DNA of 64,000 bases from Epithemia pelagica (GCA_946965045.2 OX337232.1:682001-746000), one strand, 5' to 3'; shown: positions 21,400 through 33,801, numbered from the stretch's first letter. Translations and numbers: made by a program. Notes: generated by a model from the letters alone, not told the origin.

Positions 21400-22445
21400 A
21401 TGGCGTTTGCAAAAAAAACTCAAGTCACGACCTCCCTCATAAAAACCAAACAGTCGACGACTCAAGACAACATCACACAAACAAGAACACGAACTAGCAC
21501 GATAAAAACAACCATGTCCATGACAGCTACATACACAACGACTTCTACCATCATGACGACAAGTTCTACCATTCCAGAGGCATCCGTTCGCGTGGTACCC
21601 AACCAAAAACTCTACGTCTCGGAACCCGATCCTCGTTGGTTTGGCAACAAGCAAAATCCCAAGAACGATCCGTCCTGGACTAACGACAACTGGCTCAAGT
21701 CTCGATTTCATTTCTCCTTGGCGGAGTACAACAACTACCGTAATGCCGACTTTGGTGTCATGCATGTCATGAATGATGATTTGGTTCAACCTCATCGTGG
21801 CTTTGGCACACATCCCCATTCCAACATGGAAATCATCACTTATGTTGTCCAAGGTCAATTGACCCATCAAGATTCCATGGGAACCAAGGAAACCTTGGGT
21901 CGTGGCAGTATTCAATTCATGACGGCCGGCACTGGAGTGCGAAATTCCGAGTTCAATCATGGCGATACACCCCTTCGGTTCATTCAAACCTGGATTACAC
22001 CAACGGAACGAAGTCTTTCACCCAATATGACTCCTATCGAGGTGATACACCAGATGCAAGGGCCGGTCGTCACAATCAATTGCGACACCTGATATCGAGC
22101 GTGAGCCACAAACCCAACAACATGAATGACGCTTTGGCGGCACCTGTACAAGTCAATCAAAGTGTCAATGCCTTTGCCTCCGAACTCGATCTGAATCTAA
22201 CAGTGGTTCATGAATTACCTGCCGGTGAACAAGCCTATTTGTTGTGTATTGAAGGCGGCATTGAGGTTAATGGCAAGGCTTTGGAACGACACGACGCTTG
22301 TGAAATCCAAGGAACTGCTGATTCTCCCACTACCATTAGAATTCAGGCAACCAAAACGGAAACAAACGAAACAGGAACAGACGTGGCACACTTTCTCTTG
22401 TTTACCATGAAGCAAGTCCCGGGTTCGGGTCGTCGCGATTTGTAA
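21400..22445 (+). pseudogene. Pirin-like cupin (YhhW/quercetinase type), copy 1, with a 1-bp deletion at ~22026
   Basis: SRFHFS, GFGTHPHSNMEIITYV, QFMTAGTGVRNSE and FIQTW. CCCAATATG here versus CCCAATTATG in copy 2. Confidence 0.85.
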
Positions 22446-22805
22446 CTGCTGCCTCTCACCACCACCAGTCATTTTGCCTATGAATTATGTTGCCGTTTCC
22501 TATATAGCAGAAAGACGAACTTGTTTCGGTGTTATCACAGACAACGTTTTAGCATAGGAGTAGCTAGCTAGCGTTAGGAACTTACGGGTAGAGATATTTC
22601 ACTTTTTGACGAATGATTTCGTAGGAGTATTATAGATAGTACGATTTCCCAAATATATATAAACATGGCGCAAACCACCAAGTGAGGCTACTCGGTTTCG
22701 TCTTCTTCGCCTTCGGTTACGAGCGATAGTCCAGTGTATCAATAATCTCTACCGATGCAAAATCCACATCTCCAACCAGGTCTGTTTGGATGGCGTGTTC
22801 CTTAA

Positions 22806-23399
22806 CCCTTTCAGCCCGGCAAGTCAAATTTTTGACAAATATGTCAGTCATCTCACTTTTTTAGTGACCGCACAAACTACTTAACAAAAAAGTCAAAATA
22901 CTCTATGGGTATATCAATCCACGTCACTCCACGTATGACTAATCTATAGGGAGTGTTCGCCCAGGACTCACCTCCTCTTCGTTTGTAAGTGATCATTGAT
23001 CTTGTGATACCATAGGAGACCATGGACTCTACAAGAGAGTCGGGTTGTCCATTGGTGTTGATAGAGACAAGTGGTTTTTGGGGTTTTGTATGAAAATGGG
23101 AAATTGGCGATTTCAGAACAAGCAGCCGTCAAAATACGAAGTTCTGACTATCGTACGAAAGTACATTACAATACGCTTCATATGTGACAAACAGTAGGCC
23201 TATAACATATTGGTCATTGAAATATGATCGTTGCAAAATCACAAATTTGGAAAATGACGATATTGTCATCATTTTTTGAATCACGAGTTGCTGGTCATAA
23301 CTCACGTGGCATTTTGTTAATTGGATTGCAATTTTGTTATGTATTTTTGGTGACAAATTTGTCAGTGACCGGGCCAAAAAAAGTGCCGGGCTGAAAGGG
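22806..23399. mobile_element. piggyBac-type MITE (594 bp)
   Basis: Perfect 16-bp TIR CCCTTTCAGCCCGGCA / TGCCGGGCTGAAAGGG with TTAA at 22802-22805 and 23400-23403. It is absent from the paralogous region near 16380. Confidence 0.92.
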
Positions 23400-24215
23400 T
23401 TAACCGATCGACTTTCCTCCTCTTTGTTTGTTCGCACCATCAAGTAATAAGGGCGACTGAATACTAGGTATAGGCAGATCCACATGGACTTGCACTATTC
23501 GTTTTATTGTTGTCGTATCTTCTTCCCCTCTAAATCTCGTGTTGTTCCGTTTCGCCTTCACACTGTGCCATGTTTGAAGAGTCGCGACGTATGACTTGAC
23601 AGAACCATGATAAAGCTAGCTCTTCCTAATAGTAGATACATTAAGGCATTGCACAAGATTCTGTTGACTCTAGGATGCTGTCAAGTTATATATCGAACAC
23701 AGTGATCTTGACGTTGGAGCTCCATGAACCACCCATACAAGTCCTCGTCATCTCCACAGCTCAGACATTTGCGTTGTCATGGTTTCATCCATTGTTGCCG
23801 AGGCACCGATCAAAGTAGTTGTCCCCATCATAATCTCCCACCATCGAGGTATGGAGCGATACATTGGGGTGAAGCGTCCACGAGGAGTTTAAGCTTGGCC
23901 TTGTTCTGGGCTATAGATAGAGAGCATTCATATCACATCTAAGAAAAAATGCGTCAAAGGCAACATGTGTCTTCATTGGGACAACTGCACGAGCAGTGTA
24001 AGATTTGATCTGAATACATCCGCCCCATCAAAGTCCACCCCTACGTGAGTCCCCCAAGACTATGTCACAAGATGTGGATACTATTAGTCTTTACAATAAA
24101 GCCATACGTAAGTCTCAATCCTTGCCATCCTGGAACGGGAACGTGGAAGCAAATTCCTCCCATTCATCCGAAAGTTTAGTAAACAGCAAGTTGCCTGATT
24201 CGGAGCAACGTTGTC

Positions 24216-25472
24216 TTACTTTCTGCAGAGTTCTCTAAGAACAGACTGCTTTGTGGTATCCAAACGACTGATGACAATGCTATCTCCTGGTAATTTTTTC
24301 TTCAGCTCGTCAACCACGGATTCAAGAAACGGCTTAACGATTTCTCTTCGCGTTTGCTCCCTGTTGTAGTCGCCTCCTTCTTCGGGGACCTTTTGGAATG
24401 GGATTTCGGAGGGCACCCACGACTGAATTACACCAACAACTTTCTTTGTCTCTTCTTGGATCCCACTTTTGCTCTCCACTGAACCGAGAAACGCATTCAG
24501 ATAGGCGCCATCATTCGAAAAAATGCCTCGGTCTCGTGGCCAACTCAGCAGCGTGCTCGATGGGACGGTTTGAGCAAAATAGGTCAGTCCGGATAAAATG
24601 GCACAGATTGCTTCCATTCGAAGCTCTTGGGCATAAAATTCACTGTTGTCCTTTCCACCAAAAAGCTCCTGTTCCCAACTTATTTCCAATGCTTGGTCGT
24701 CCTCATTTGCCAAGAGGAGTTCATCAAGCACCTTCTTCCCAACTTGGGACCAACTATATTGAAGCCCTTCTTGGCCATTCCAGATCACCATGCCTTGTGA
24801 GATCAAACGGGAAGTGAGTCCCTCCGCTTGCTTGTAGATGCAAGTTTCGGCCATGGCCTGGGTAGTTGCGGGCGCAAGAACACATCGAACGCCACTGATC
24901 GCTTCCTGGAGCTTCTTCACGTTTTGCTGGAGCTTTGTAATCTCTTCCTGGCGCTTTGCAATCTCATCCTGTTGCTTTGTAATCTCAGCACGTAAATCTT
25001 GCTGGGACTTCTTAAGCTCATCCTGTTGCTTTGTAATCTCAGCACGTAAATCTTGCTGGGACCTCTTAATCTCATCCTGTTGCTTTGTAATCTCAGCACG
25101 TAAATCTTGCAGGGACTTCTTAATCTCATCCTGTTGCTTTGTAATCTCATTCAGTTTCTCTTGCTGGGACTTCTTAATCTCATTCAGTTTCTCTTGCTGG
25201 GACTTCTTAATCTCATTCAGTTTCTCTGAGAATTTCTCTGAAAGACTGGGGCGCTCACGTTTGACCAGAGAGTCTTTCTCGTCCTCGGACTTTGAAGAGA
25301 AAAACATGGTTTTGCTGCTTGGCCGCGAAAGGAGTGGTCGTGGTAGGCGACAAAACCTTGGCGATGCCAAAGGCACGTTCTTCAATACCAATCGAGAATA
25401 CATAACTGAATAGAATGCATCACTATACGAAAGAAAGGAAAGACAGTGGACAAGGTACGATTGAAGCTTCAT
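24216..25472 (-). CDS. Unknown coiled-coil family protein, paralog 2, with an in-frame signal-peptide-like extension
   Basis: MKLQSYLVHCLSFLSYSDAFYSV precedes MYSRLV. Longest repeat tract (11-aa x2 plus 18-aa x3). Confidence 0.8.
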   Translation of the reverse strand: MKLQSYLVHCLSFLSYSDAFYSVMYSRLVLKNVPLASPRFCRLPRPLLSRPSSKTMFFSSKSEDEKDSLVKRERPSLSEKFSEKLNEIKKSQQEKLNEIKKSQQEKLNEITKQQDEIKKSLQDLRAEITKQQDEIKRSQQDLRAEITKQQDELKKSQQDLRAEITKQQDEIAKRQEEITKLQQNVKKLQEAISGVRCVLAPATTQAMAETCIYKQAEGLTSRLISQGMVIWNGQEGLQYSWSQVGKKVLDELLLANEDDQALEISWEQELFGGKDNSEFYAQELRMEAICAILSGLTYFAQTVPSSTLLSWPRDRGIFSNDGAYLNAFLGSVESKSGIQEETKKVVGVIQSWVPSEIPFQKVPEEGGDYNREQTRREIVKPFLESVVDELKKKLPGDSIVISRLDTTKQSVLRELCRK

Positions 25473-26504
25473 TCTGCGTGAAAATAGGAGTTGTTGTTGG
25501 TATGGTTTGTCGGTGATGACTGATGACCGAAACAAACAATCACGGGTCACGGGTCGCATCTCACGATTGACGCGCGTCACGACAATTGACGTAAAAATAT
25601 GACGTTACGGTCTCCAACGCTGAGACGCCGCACAGAATGACTCAAGCTTTTCCCAACTGTGCTCCCCCCCCCAAAACACAACGACCATATCGATACTTGC
25701 ATTATCAGGATGGTGAACGACAACAGAAAGCATGAGAATCAATCTGAAGCTTCGGCCATTGTAGTTGCTACCATTGTAGCTCATACGTTTTACTATGTTA
25801 ACAAATATGCAAGCCCGGATGAACGCGTTTGCTCCTGAATTGACGTCATGTGGCCGATTGAACGCAAAAGGGAATGGGCAATTTTGTTTTGATCTGGACC
25901 GACCCTTCTAGCATTTGTTAGCAGAGTTGCCCTCACTTGCTCCCTCCCCAGTTCTTTTGTGGTCTGGACAACCGACAGAGTGGGACGCCATTGGTGTACG
26001 TTCCGCAGACCAATCAAACGAACCACACCCTGTCCCATTCCACGGGTTTGGATTCTTGGCAAATGGTTATAGTGTGCATCCCATCCACCGACCACAAGAG
26101 AATGAAGCCATCTCCCACCACCGCTGCCACAGCATGTCCTTCTCGTCCCACATGGAGCGATAGATTGGGGTAAAGCGTCTACAAGGAGTTAGAGCTTAGC
26201 CTTGTTCTGCTACAGAAAGAGCACTCATTTCACATCTAACAAAATGCGTCCAAGGCAAGCGTTTCCTTCATTGGGACAAATGCACTGACAGTGTGCGATT
26301 TGATCTGAATACATTCGCCCCATCAAAGTCCGCACCTACGTGAGTCGAAGAATATCGCATAAGTTGTGGATGCTAATCAAAAAATCCATCCGTCAAGGCT
26401 AAATCCTTGTTGGAACGTTTATGGGATGCGAACGTCGAAGCAAGATCCTCCAATCAATCCGAGTTTAGTTGACAGCCAGTTGCCGGATTCGGAGCATCAT
26501 AGTC

Positions 26505-27506
26505 TTAATTCCTGCAGAGTTCTGAAAGAACAGACTGCTTGGTGGTATCCAAACGACTGATGACAATGCTGTCTTCTGGTAGTTTTTCCTTCAGCTCGTT
26601 AACCACGGATTCAAGAAACGGCTTAACGATTTCTCTTCGCGTTTGCTCCCTGTTGTAGTCGCCTCCTCCTTCGGGGACCTTTTGGAATGGGATTTCGGAC
26701 GGCACCCACGAATGAATTACACCAACAACTTTCTTTGTATCATCTTGGATCCCACTTTTGCTCTCCACTGAACCGAGAAACGCATTCAGGTAGGCGCCAC
26801 CATTCGAAAAAGTGTTTCGGTCTTGTGGCCAACTCAACAGTGTGCTCGATGGGACTGTTTTAACAAAATAGGTCAGTCCGGATAAAATGGCACAGATCGC
26901 TTCAATTCGAAGCTCTTGGGTATGAAATGCAGTATTATCCTTTCCACCAAAAAGCTCCTGTTCCCAACTTATTTCCAATGCTTGGTCGTCCTCATTTGCC
27001 AAGAGGAGTTCATCAAGAACCTTCTTCCCAATTTGGGACCAACTATATTGAAGCCCTTCTTGGCCATTCCAGATCACCATGCCTTGTGAGATCAAACGGG
27101 AAGTGAGTCCCTCCGCTTGCTTGTAGATGCATGTTTCGGCCATGGCCTGGGTAGTTGCGGGCGAAAGAACACATCGAAGGCCATTGATCCCTTCTCGGAG
27201 CTTTGTATGGTTTTGCTGGAGCTTTGTAATCTCTTTACGGCGCTTTGTAATCTCTTCAAGGCGCTTTGCAATCTCAACATCTAAATCTTGCTGGCGCTTC
27301 TTAATCTCATTCAGTTTCTCTGAAAGACTGGAGAGTTTCTCTGAAAGACTGGGGCGCTCACGTTTGACCAGAGAGTCGCTCTCGTTCTCGGACGCTGAAG
27401 AAAAAAACATGATTTTACTGCTTGGCCGCGAAAGGAGTGGTCGTGGTAGGGGACAAAACCTTGGCGATGCCAAAGGCAGGTTCTTCAATACCAATCGAGA
27501 ATACAT
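26505..27506 (-). CDS. Unknown coiled-coil family protein, paralog 3 (shortest stalk)
   Basis: 333-aa ORF. The upstream extension has ATG>CTG and TCA>TGA. Confidence 0.75.
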   Translation of the reverse strand: MYSRLVLKNLPLASPRFCPLPRPLLSRPSSKIMFFSSASENESDSLVKRERPSLSEKLSSLSEKLNEIKKRQQDLDVEIAKRLEEITKRRKEITKLQQNHTKLREGINGLRCVLSPATTQAMAETCIYKQAEGLTSRLISQGMVIWNGQEGLQYSWSQIGKKVLDELLLANEDDQALEISWEQELFGGKDNTAFHTQELRIEAICAILSGLTYFVKTVPSSTLLSWPQDRNTFSNGGAYLNAFLGSVESKSGIQDDTKKVVGVIHSWVPSEIPFQKVPEGGGDYNREQTRREIVKPFLESVVNELKEKLPEDSIVISRLDTTKQSVLSELCRN

Positions 27507-27810
27507 TACTCAATAGAATGCATCACTATACGAAAGAAAGGAAAGACAATGGACAAGGTACGATTGAGGCTTCAGACTTCAGAAACAACGGGTGCGAGAT
27601 ATCTGTCAGCGAGCAACACGATGTGGTGGACGACTGCCTCGAAAAGGGCGACTGATCGTCAGGAGCCGATTTCCGAAGCACTTCGAAGAGCTTCCTGTTG
27701 GTTTAGGAAGGATACCGATCGAAATCTTTGAAGCTCACTATTACTTTTAAAGTACTCAAGCTTGATCCTCGAAATTCCGTCGCTCGGGAGTGAACCAGCT
27801 TCTTCACAAA

Positions 27811-28860
27811 ATGGCGTTTGCAAAAAAACTCAAGTCACGACCGGTCTCATAAAAAATCAAATAGTCGACAACGGAAGACAAAGACAACATCACACAAACA
27901 AAACAACACGAACTAGAACGATAAAAACAACCATGTCCATGACAGCTACATCCACAACGACTTTTACCATGACGACAAGTTCTACCATTTCAGAGGCAAC
28001 CGTTCGCGTGGTACCCAACCAAAAACTCTGTCTCGGAACCTGATCCTCGTTGGTTTGGCAACAAGCAAAATCCCAAGAACGATCCGTCCTGGACTAACGA
28101 CAACTGGCTCAAGTCTCGATTTCATTTCTCCTTTGCGGAGTACAACAACTACCGTAATGCCGACTTTGGTGTCATGCGTGTCATGAATGATGATTTGGTC
28201 CAACCTCATCGCGGCTTTGGCACACATCCCCATTCCAACATGGAAATCATCACTTATATTGTCCAAGGTCAATTGACCCATCAAGATTCCATGGGAACCA
28301 AGGAAACCTTGGGTCGTGGCAGTATTCAATTCATGACGGCCGGCACTGGAGTGCGACATTCCGAGTTCAATCATGGCGATACACCCCTTCGGTTCATTCA
28401 AACCTGGATTACACCAACGAAACGAAGTCTTTCACCCAATTATGGCTCCTATCGAGGTGATACACCAGATGCAAGGGCCGGTCGTCACAATCAATTGCGA
28501 CACCTCGTATCGAGCGTGAGCCACAAACCCAACAACAAGAATGACGCTTTGGTGGCACCTGTACAAGTCAATCAAAGTGTCAATGCCTTTGCCTCCGAAC
28601 TCGATCTGAATCAAACAGTGCTTCATGAATTACCTGCCGGTGAACAAGCCTATTTGTTGTGTATTGAAGGCGGCATCAAGGTCAATGGCAAGGCTTTGGA
28701 ACGACACGACGCTTGTGAAATCCAAGGAACTGCCGATTCTCCCACTACCATTAGAATTCAGGCAACCAAAACGGAAACAAACGAAACAGGAACCGACGTG
28801 GCACACCTTCTCTTGTTTACCATGAAGCAGGTCCCGGGTTCGGGCCGTCGCGATTTGTAA
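27811..28860 (+). pseudogene. Pirin-like cupin, copy 2, with a 1-bp deletion in the A-run (~27822-27828) and a 2-bp deletion at ~28029
   Basis: CTCTGTCTCGG here versus CTCTACGTCTCGG in copy 1. The 3' ORF 28174-28860 is intact. Confidence 0.85.
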
Positions 28861-29093
28861 CTGCTGCCTCTCACCACCAGCAGTCATCTTGCCTACGAAT
28901 TATGTTGCCGTTTCCTATATAGCAGAAAGACGAACTTGTTTCGGTGCGTCAAAAACGACTTTTAGCATAGGAGTAGCTAGCTAGCGTTGTTAGGAACTTA
29001 CGGGTAGAGATATTTCACTCTTTGACGACTGATTTCGTAGGAGTAGTAGTACGATTCCCAAATATATATAAACATGCAAACCACCAAATGAGG

Positions 29094-30926
29094 CTACTCG
29101 CTTTCATCTTCTTCGCCTTCGGCCACGAGCGATAGTCCAGTGGTTTGATTCATGAGACGTCGCTTGTTCTTGACTGTTTCTCGATTGATGACAGCTTGAA
29201 ATTCTTCAAACGAGATTTTCCCATCCCCATCGGTATCGGCTTCTTGTACCAAGCGTTCGACGTAGTCACTGTCCAAGGAAACCCCCAAGGCATCCTTGAG
29301 ATTTTGACGAGTAATGTATCCACTTCGGTCCAAGTCAAAGCTATGAAAGGCCTCAGACACCTTGTCGCGTTGCAATTCGCCCTGTGTTTCCAACAGGGCG
29401 GCAATGAATTCCGTGTAGCTAATTTCGCCCGAGGGATTGACGTTGGCCTTTTGAAACCACTTATCCACTTTCACGTCATTGCCAAACCCTGCATGTTTGA
29501 GTCCCGTTCGTAGTTCCTGCATAGAAAGGGTGCCGTCGTGATTGGAATCCAGAGAATGAAAGACTTGACGAAGTTTGAGGATTTCGTCTTGAGATGAGGT
29601 CTTGTGCGCAATATTGAACAAGACCATTTTTCGAAACTCGGATGATTTCGCCTCCGCCTCCTCTTCGTCATTGTCAAAATCATCATCCTCGCCCAAAAGA
29701 TTCTTGGCACTGTTTGCTGCTGCAATGTGGTTCAAGAGATTTCGAGTGCTTTGTCGGCGCAAATCCTCTGACTTTTGGCTCGTAATTTCGGACAACCAGG
29801 GCGACTTCAAAGCTTGATCGGCCGTGTACCGTAATTTGGGCTCAATTTGCAAACACTTTTTGATGAATTCCTTGGCTTCCCTGGATATATTCATCCACTT
29901 CCTGCCTTCCATACTGTACTTACCCGACACAATCTTTTGGGCAGTTTCTTTGCGGGTGTCTCCCTGAAAAGATGCCTCGCCGACAAGCAACATGTACGTG
30001 ACGACCCCAATGGACCACATATCCGTCTGCTTGTCATAGTCACCCTTGATGACCTGCGGACTCATGGTGTACACAGTCCCTACTTTGTCGGTAAATCGTT
30101 CATTCTTACCATAGCGTTGGGCCAATCCAAAATCAATCAACTTGATTTCAGCATCACGTGCCGTGCTCTCAAACATGATATTTTCGTGCTTAATATCTCG
30201 GTGCTGGAGAGGCAAAGAACAAAAAAGAATCCAGGACGCACCTATTAGAATGCTGAATCAAACAGATACAAGCTGTATGATTGCAGTGATGATTCGACTT
30301 ACGATAATTCCCAATAGATGAAGGTAATTGATAGCTTCGACGATTTTGGCCACAATCACCTTGGCTTCCTGTTCGGAACGACAGGGGGACCGTTTGTTGA
30401 GATCTCCGCCACTGCAATACTCCATGACAATGCTAATGCCGGGTCCTTTCTGGGCCGAGGAAGCCGTGGCGGAAGCAGTCGCGTTGACTGTATCGTAGAC
30501 TTCATAAGCCTTGAGAATATTGGGATGATCAATCATTTTGAGCAAATTGATTTCATTGCGCATTTCATCGAGAAACTTGGGTTCAAGCAAATCCATGTCA
30601 ATTTCCTTGAGCGCATAGAGCTTGCTTCCCAAAGTCATGGGCTGTTCTTCGTTTCGTTGTGGTTTGGATGACGTTACCGATTTGGTATCAATCTTTCGTT
30701 GCACCAGGTAAATGTTGCTAATGGATCCTTCCCCAATTTGCTTTTGAACCGAATAACAATCCTTGACATTGCTGGAGAACTCCACAATGCGTCCATGCAT
30801 TGGCTCGGCCGACGACGAAGACGACGACGAAAACTCCTGACACGAGGTCTTGTCGGGAAGACTTTTCTTGTGAGACGCAGAGGCGGATGGAACCGCAGCG
30901 TGTTGAGTCGATTGCGTGCAACCCAT
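29094..30926 (-). CDS. CDPK: Calcium-dependent protein kinase (kinase plus 4 EF-hands); intron 30204-30302
   Basis: MGCTQS acylation-type N-terminus, YALKEI, and spliced GII|HRDIKHEN, DFG and DMWSIG. EF loops DSNHDGTLS, NVNPSGEIS, DLDRSGYIT and DTDGDGKIS. Both exons are whole multiples of 3. Confidence 0.95.
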
Positions 30927-31489
30927 AGTCTCTTGGTCAAACTACAAAAGACAAAACGTATTTTTGTGAGAGTGTCGTATGGTACCTGCACCTTGCACAA
31001 ATCTTGTCGTTGGGAGTTGGGACGCCAACTCTGTATGAACCGCTGTTTAGAATTTGGAACGGAGCACGATGAGACTATTCACGCTTCATGCTTCATGCTT
31101 CATCCGAGCCAAGAACGAGCGCTGGGCTTTCGTTTTTCATAGTCCATAATATATACGAACGAGTATGGAGTATGGAGTGCAGACGATATAAGTAATACGA
31201 GTAAGAGATGATTGCGATATGCGATGTCATCGATCCGATAGACTGTAGATAAAAATGTACACTTCTAATTATCCTTGCGCGCGGGGCGAAATCAACATTG
31301 AACCATCGGCTAAATGGTGAGTATTCGGAAGTGACATTCTTTCGCAGCTTGCCCGACTGTTCTTTGCCCTTGGTGCTTTCTCCGTTACTCCCTTCGAGCT
31401 TCTAGCTGGGCATTTCCAACTTCCGCACCCTGTGAACAAACTTCAGACACGCATGGAATCATTTTGTTCACGCATCCCCAGAAATGACT

Positions 31490-31830
31490 ACTTCATACTT
31501 TTACTTTTTACTCAATACACTATACTCCGTATAAGTATAGAGAGTAGCTGATAAAATAAACGAGCAAGACCAAAAGAATAGCAAGCTACCCAAACGTGCA
31601 ACATTTACCAGGATCCAAAGGAGTATAGTTAGAGTTGATGTCGAAATGAAGCCTTCCAAAGTGCGATATTATCTAAGAGTACGATGTTTGCAACCCAACC
31701 ACAGCAAAGCCATGTTACGCCAACCAAACAGATTGGCAATCACATACTCCTCTTACATCATGGACGTACAGTTCAATAGCTCACGTCACACTACACCGTC
31801 TGAGAGATACAATAGGTCCAACTTTTTACG
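31490..31830 (+). repeat. Dispersed ~340-bp repeat, also present at ~38570-38900
   Basis: Shared blocks CCTTCCAAAGTGCGATAT, AACCCAACCACAGCAAAGCCATGT, CAACCAAACAGATTGGCAAT and CATACTCCTCTTACAT. Confidence 0.75.
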
Positions 31831-32518
31831 CAGCATACTGCGAACGGGCACTAGAGATAAGGAGTGAAGTTCATTTAGGCGCCACCATCATTCCACAGGA
31901 CGGACATGACAAACTGGTTGGTTGGTTGGTTGGTTGGTTGGTTGGTTGGTTGCTGCACGACATTCATCCACCGACAAAAACATTATCACTATCACATTAT
32001 CACTATCACATACACTATCACATCAATGCCTTTATGGGGGAGGATAGCATCAGGCTCTAAAGGAGCAGTGAGCAAGTGGCTGTGGTTCCTTAGTCATGAG
32101 ATCTTTTCAAGAACAAGCGCAACTTTGGCAACAAGGGATACAGCTGGAGAAGGATGAGTGCCGTCCCGAAACAGTAGTAGGATTCTCACCGTTATCCATT
32201 GGTTAGATCCGGCATCTCATCGGTTAGCCGAGTCCCGAGGCTTCGAAGCACCATCTATGCCACCCATCTCCGTCCTTTGTTCCCTAGCTGGCGCTATATC
32301 GACCCGCATTTCATGAAAAGTGAGAACAGAATGACGGCATGCTCGCAGACCTTTAATTTCGGCCATGGCATGCTCGCAATGCGCGCGTTATCAACGACCG
32401 CTCAGAAATGAACTATGGCCCTACACGTGCGCGCCCAATATTCTCAAGCGCGAGTGGAGAAGTACGAGAACTCAACAAATCCAACGATGACAAGGCTGAA
32501 CCAACGAGTTGTGGGGAG

Positions 32519-33291
32519 TAGTAGGATTCTCACCGTTATCCATTGGTTAGATCCGGCATCTCATCGGTTAGCCGAGTCCCGAGGCTTCGAAGCACCATCT
32601 ATGCCACCCATCTCCGTCCTATGTTCCCTAGCTGGCGCTAAATCGACCCGCATTTCATGAAAAGTGAGATCAGAATGACGGCATGCTCGCGGACCTTTAA
32701 TTTCGGCCATGGCATGCTCGCAATGCGCGCGTTATCAACGACCGCTCAGAAATGAACTATGGCCCTACACGTGCGCGCCCAATATTCTCAAGCGCGCGCA
32801 ACTACTATCCGAGTGCGCATTTCCACGACTTAACTCAGCGGCTTAAGTAAATGAAGCACGATTCACGATCACGCGAGACCATATTTCCATTCCCACAATT
32901 CCAAAAATGCAATCAGCAACGCGCCAAGAAAACTACCTACATCACAACAAAGCAAGAGCTGTTGGCATTGGTATATGATATACAAGTGCATATACTTCCA
33001 ATACACAATATACATGTCTACTCCAACCAGACCAGTCCTGTCAGCGCCATGAATATATCAGTCATGCACCCTGGCCAGACCTGAACATCAAAACACACAC
33101 CGTAGTCCTAAAGCTCACAATCTAACAATATCATCATTTATCACATCCTCTTTTGTGTCCCGACTATCCTTTTGATAGACTACGACTTGGTTGTATCTCT
33201 GACCCGTGGAGATACTACTATCGGTTGGTGACCTACCTGATTGTCTGCTCTACCGAGCATTATCCCCCATGAGTTTGAAAGAATTCTACTA
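32519..33291 (+). repeat. LTR (773 bp), TAGTAGGATTC...GAATTCTACTA
   Basis: Near-identical to 36531-37303 and the same length. Confidence 0.93.
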
Positions 33292-33801
33292 GATTAAGAG
33301 TCTCACTGCTTATTTCCCTGCAGTTGCATTTGGAACCTTGCTTACCCATCAACACCCATTACAGATTGAGATATCCCAACAAACAAGAGTTAGAGGACAA
33401 AGCTACCCAACCCAACAACAGGGCCAGCCTGGCTAAGGCTAGGGTCACCAACCCTCTCCTATACCAGGACCTCAAGCTGCACCAGGACTCCGTGCAACTA
33501 CCTTCCCAATACTCACCTGACCAGTAAACCACTTTGTTGAGGACCACGAGCAAGACGAGCAACCTACCACTGTTCCTGACTCCCCGGTTCAACTCGATCA
33601 CCGCAACGAGTCTGGAAGTGACCAAGAATAAGTATCTTTAAGTCGTTTTCACACCAAACCAGAGACAAAACTGAGTTCCGCACATCCGGGTTACCTTTTG
33701 GACATCACAACACACATCCGGGTACTTTATACGTGGCATATACGTGGTACATCCGGGTTCATATCACACCACACATTAAATAAAACCAATCAAGTCCTAC
33801 C

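Noticed and set aside
31915-31951. (GTTG)n tract
   Set aside because: A simple microsatellite, not telomeric, with no associated structure.
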